This document shows positions 63,560 to 64,000 of a DNA stretch of 64,000 nucleotides, one piece after another. Made by a program: the position numbers and the translations under genes. The stretch is from Takakia lepidozioides. Lineage: Eukaryota > Plantae > Bryophyta. The stretch is from the NCBI GenBank assembly GCA_030704615.1, contig CM060731.1:49476001-49540000 (forward strand). Direction: 5' to 3'. Every line of letters begins with the position of its first letter. Positions within the stretch are counted from its first letter, which is position 1. The notes under the pieces are model-generated. The model ran no database searches, was not told the DNA's origin, and saw only the letters and a list, made by a program, of their open reading frames with translations.

Positions 63560-63990
63560 GGAACCTTGGAAACTTTGTGGTTAAGACCTGGAGTAACCAT
63601 ATCACGGTTGTTTGCGTTTGCAATGCGTGTGCGAGCCTGGAAGCCTTGGAAAAGGGCAAAGAGGTCCATGGTTATATCGTCGAAGCTGGAATAGTACCAG
63701 ACGTCATTCTGAACACTACCCTGGTGGACATGTATGCCAAATGTGGGAGCATTGAAGATGCATAGGGGTTGTTCGACAATATGACTGAACAAAATGTGGT
63801 GTCATGGAACGCGTTGATTGCAAGAAATGCACAGCCAGGACGCGGGATGGAGGCTTTGGAGACCTTTGAGCAGATGATGTGGGAAGGGGTGAAGTCCGAC
63901 CGCATCACGTTTGTTTGCATTTGCAAGGCATGTGCAAGCTTGGCAACTCTCGAAAAGGGCAAAGAGGTCCATGGTGACATCGTCACCAAT
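63560..63990 (+). pseudogene. PPR pseudogene fragment
   Basis: ACASLEALEKGKEVH..LVDMYAKCGSIEDA* with internal stop. Confidence 0.85.
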
Positions 63991-64000
63991 TTCTATTCTG

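Overview
Eukaryotic nuclear DNA from a land plant, most likely a seed-free plant such as a bryophyte (GT-AG introns, PPR fragments, PILS, PLIP-type lipase, SURNod19). Host genes: first exon of a PILS auxin carrier, a spliced stand-alone VLRF1 (Vms1/ANKZF1-type release factor) gene, a PLIP-like phospholipase A1, an O-fucosyltransferase with an RTE-type LINE in its intron, an Mpv17/PMP22 gene, a SURNod19 gene and a dienelactone-hydrolase-like gene. Between them lie LINE relics, hAT-type MITEs, a tRNA-derived SINE, tandem repeats and many short host-gene fragments (RPS13, LeuRS, GH1, PPR, ARF). The most unusual feature is a decayed 11.7-kb Ty3/gypsy element (43146-54818). It has a C5 DNA methyltransferase between protease and RT, a PHD finger after the integrase, a GIY-YIG nuclease ORF in its 5' region and an apparent self-priming PBS. 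Its ends are split repeats (A1-ORFs-PPT-B1-A2-B2) flanked by ATAA, which looks like a 2-LTR circle integrated through an internal palindrome. All calls come from reading the sequence by eye and recalled family motifs; no searches were run.
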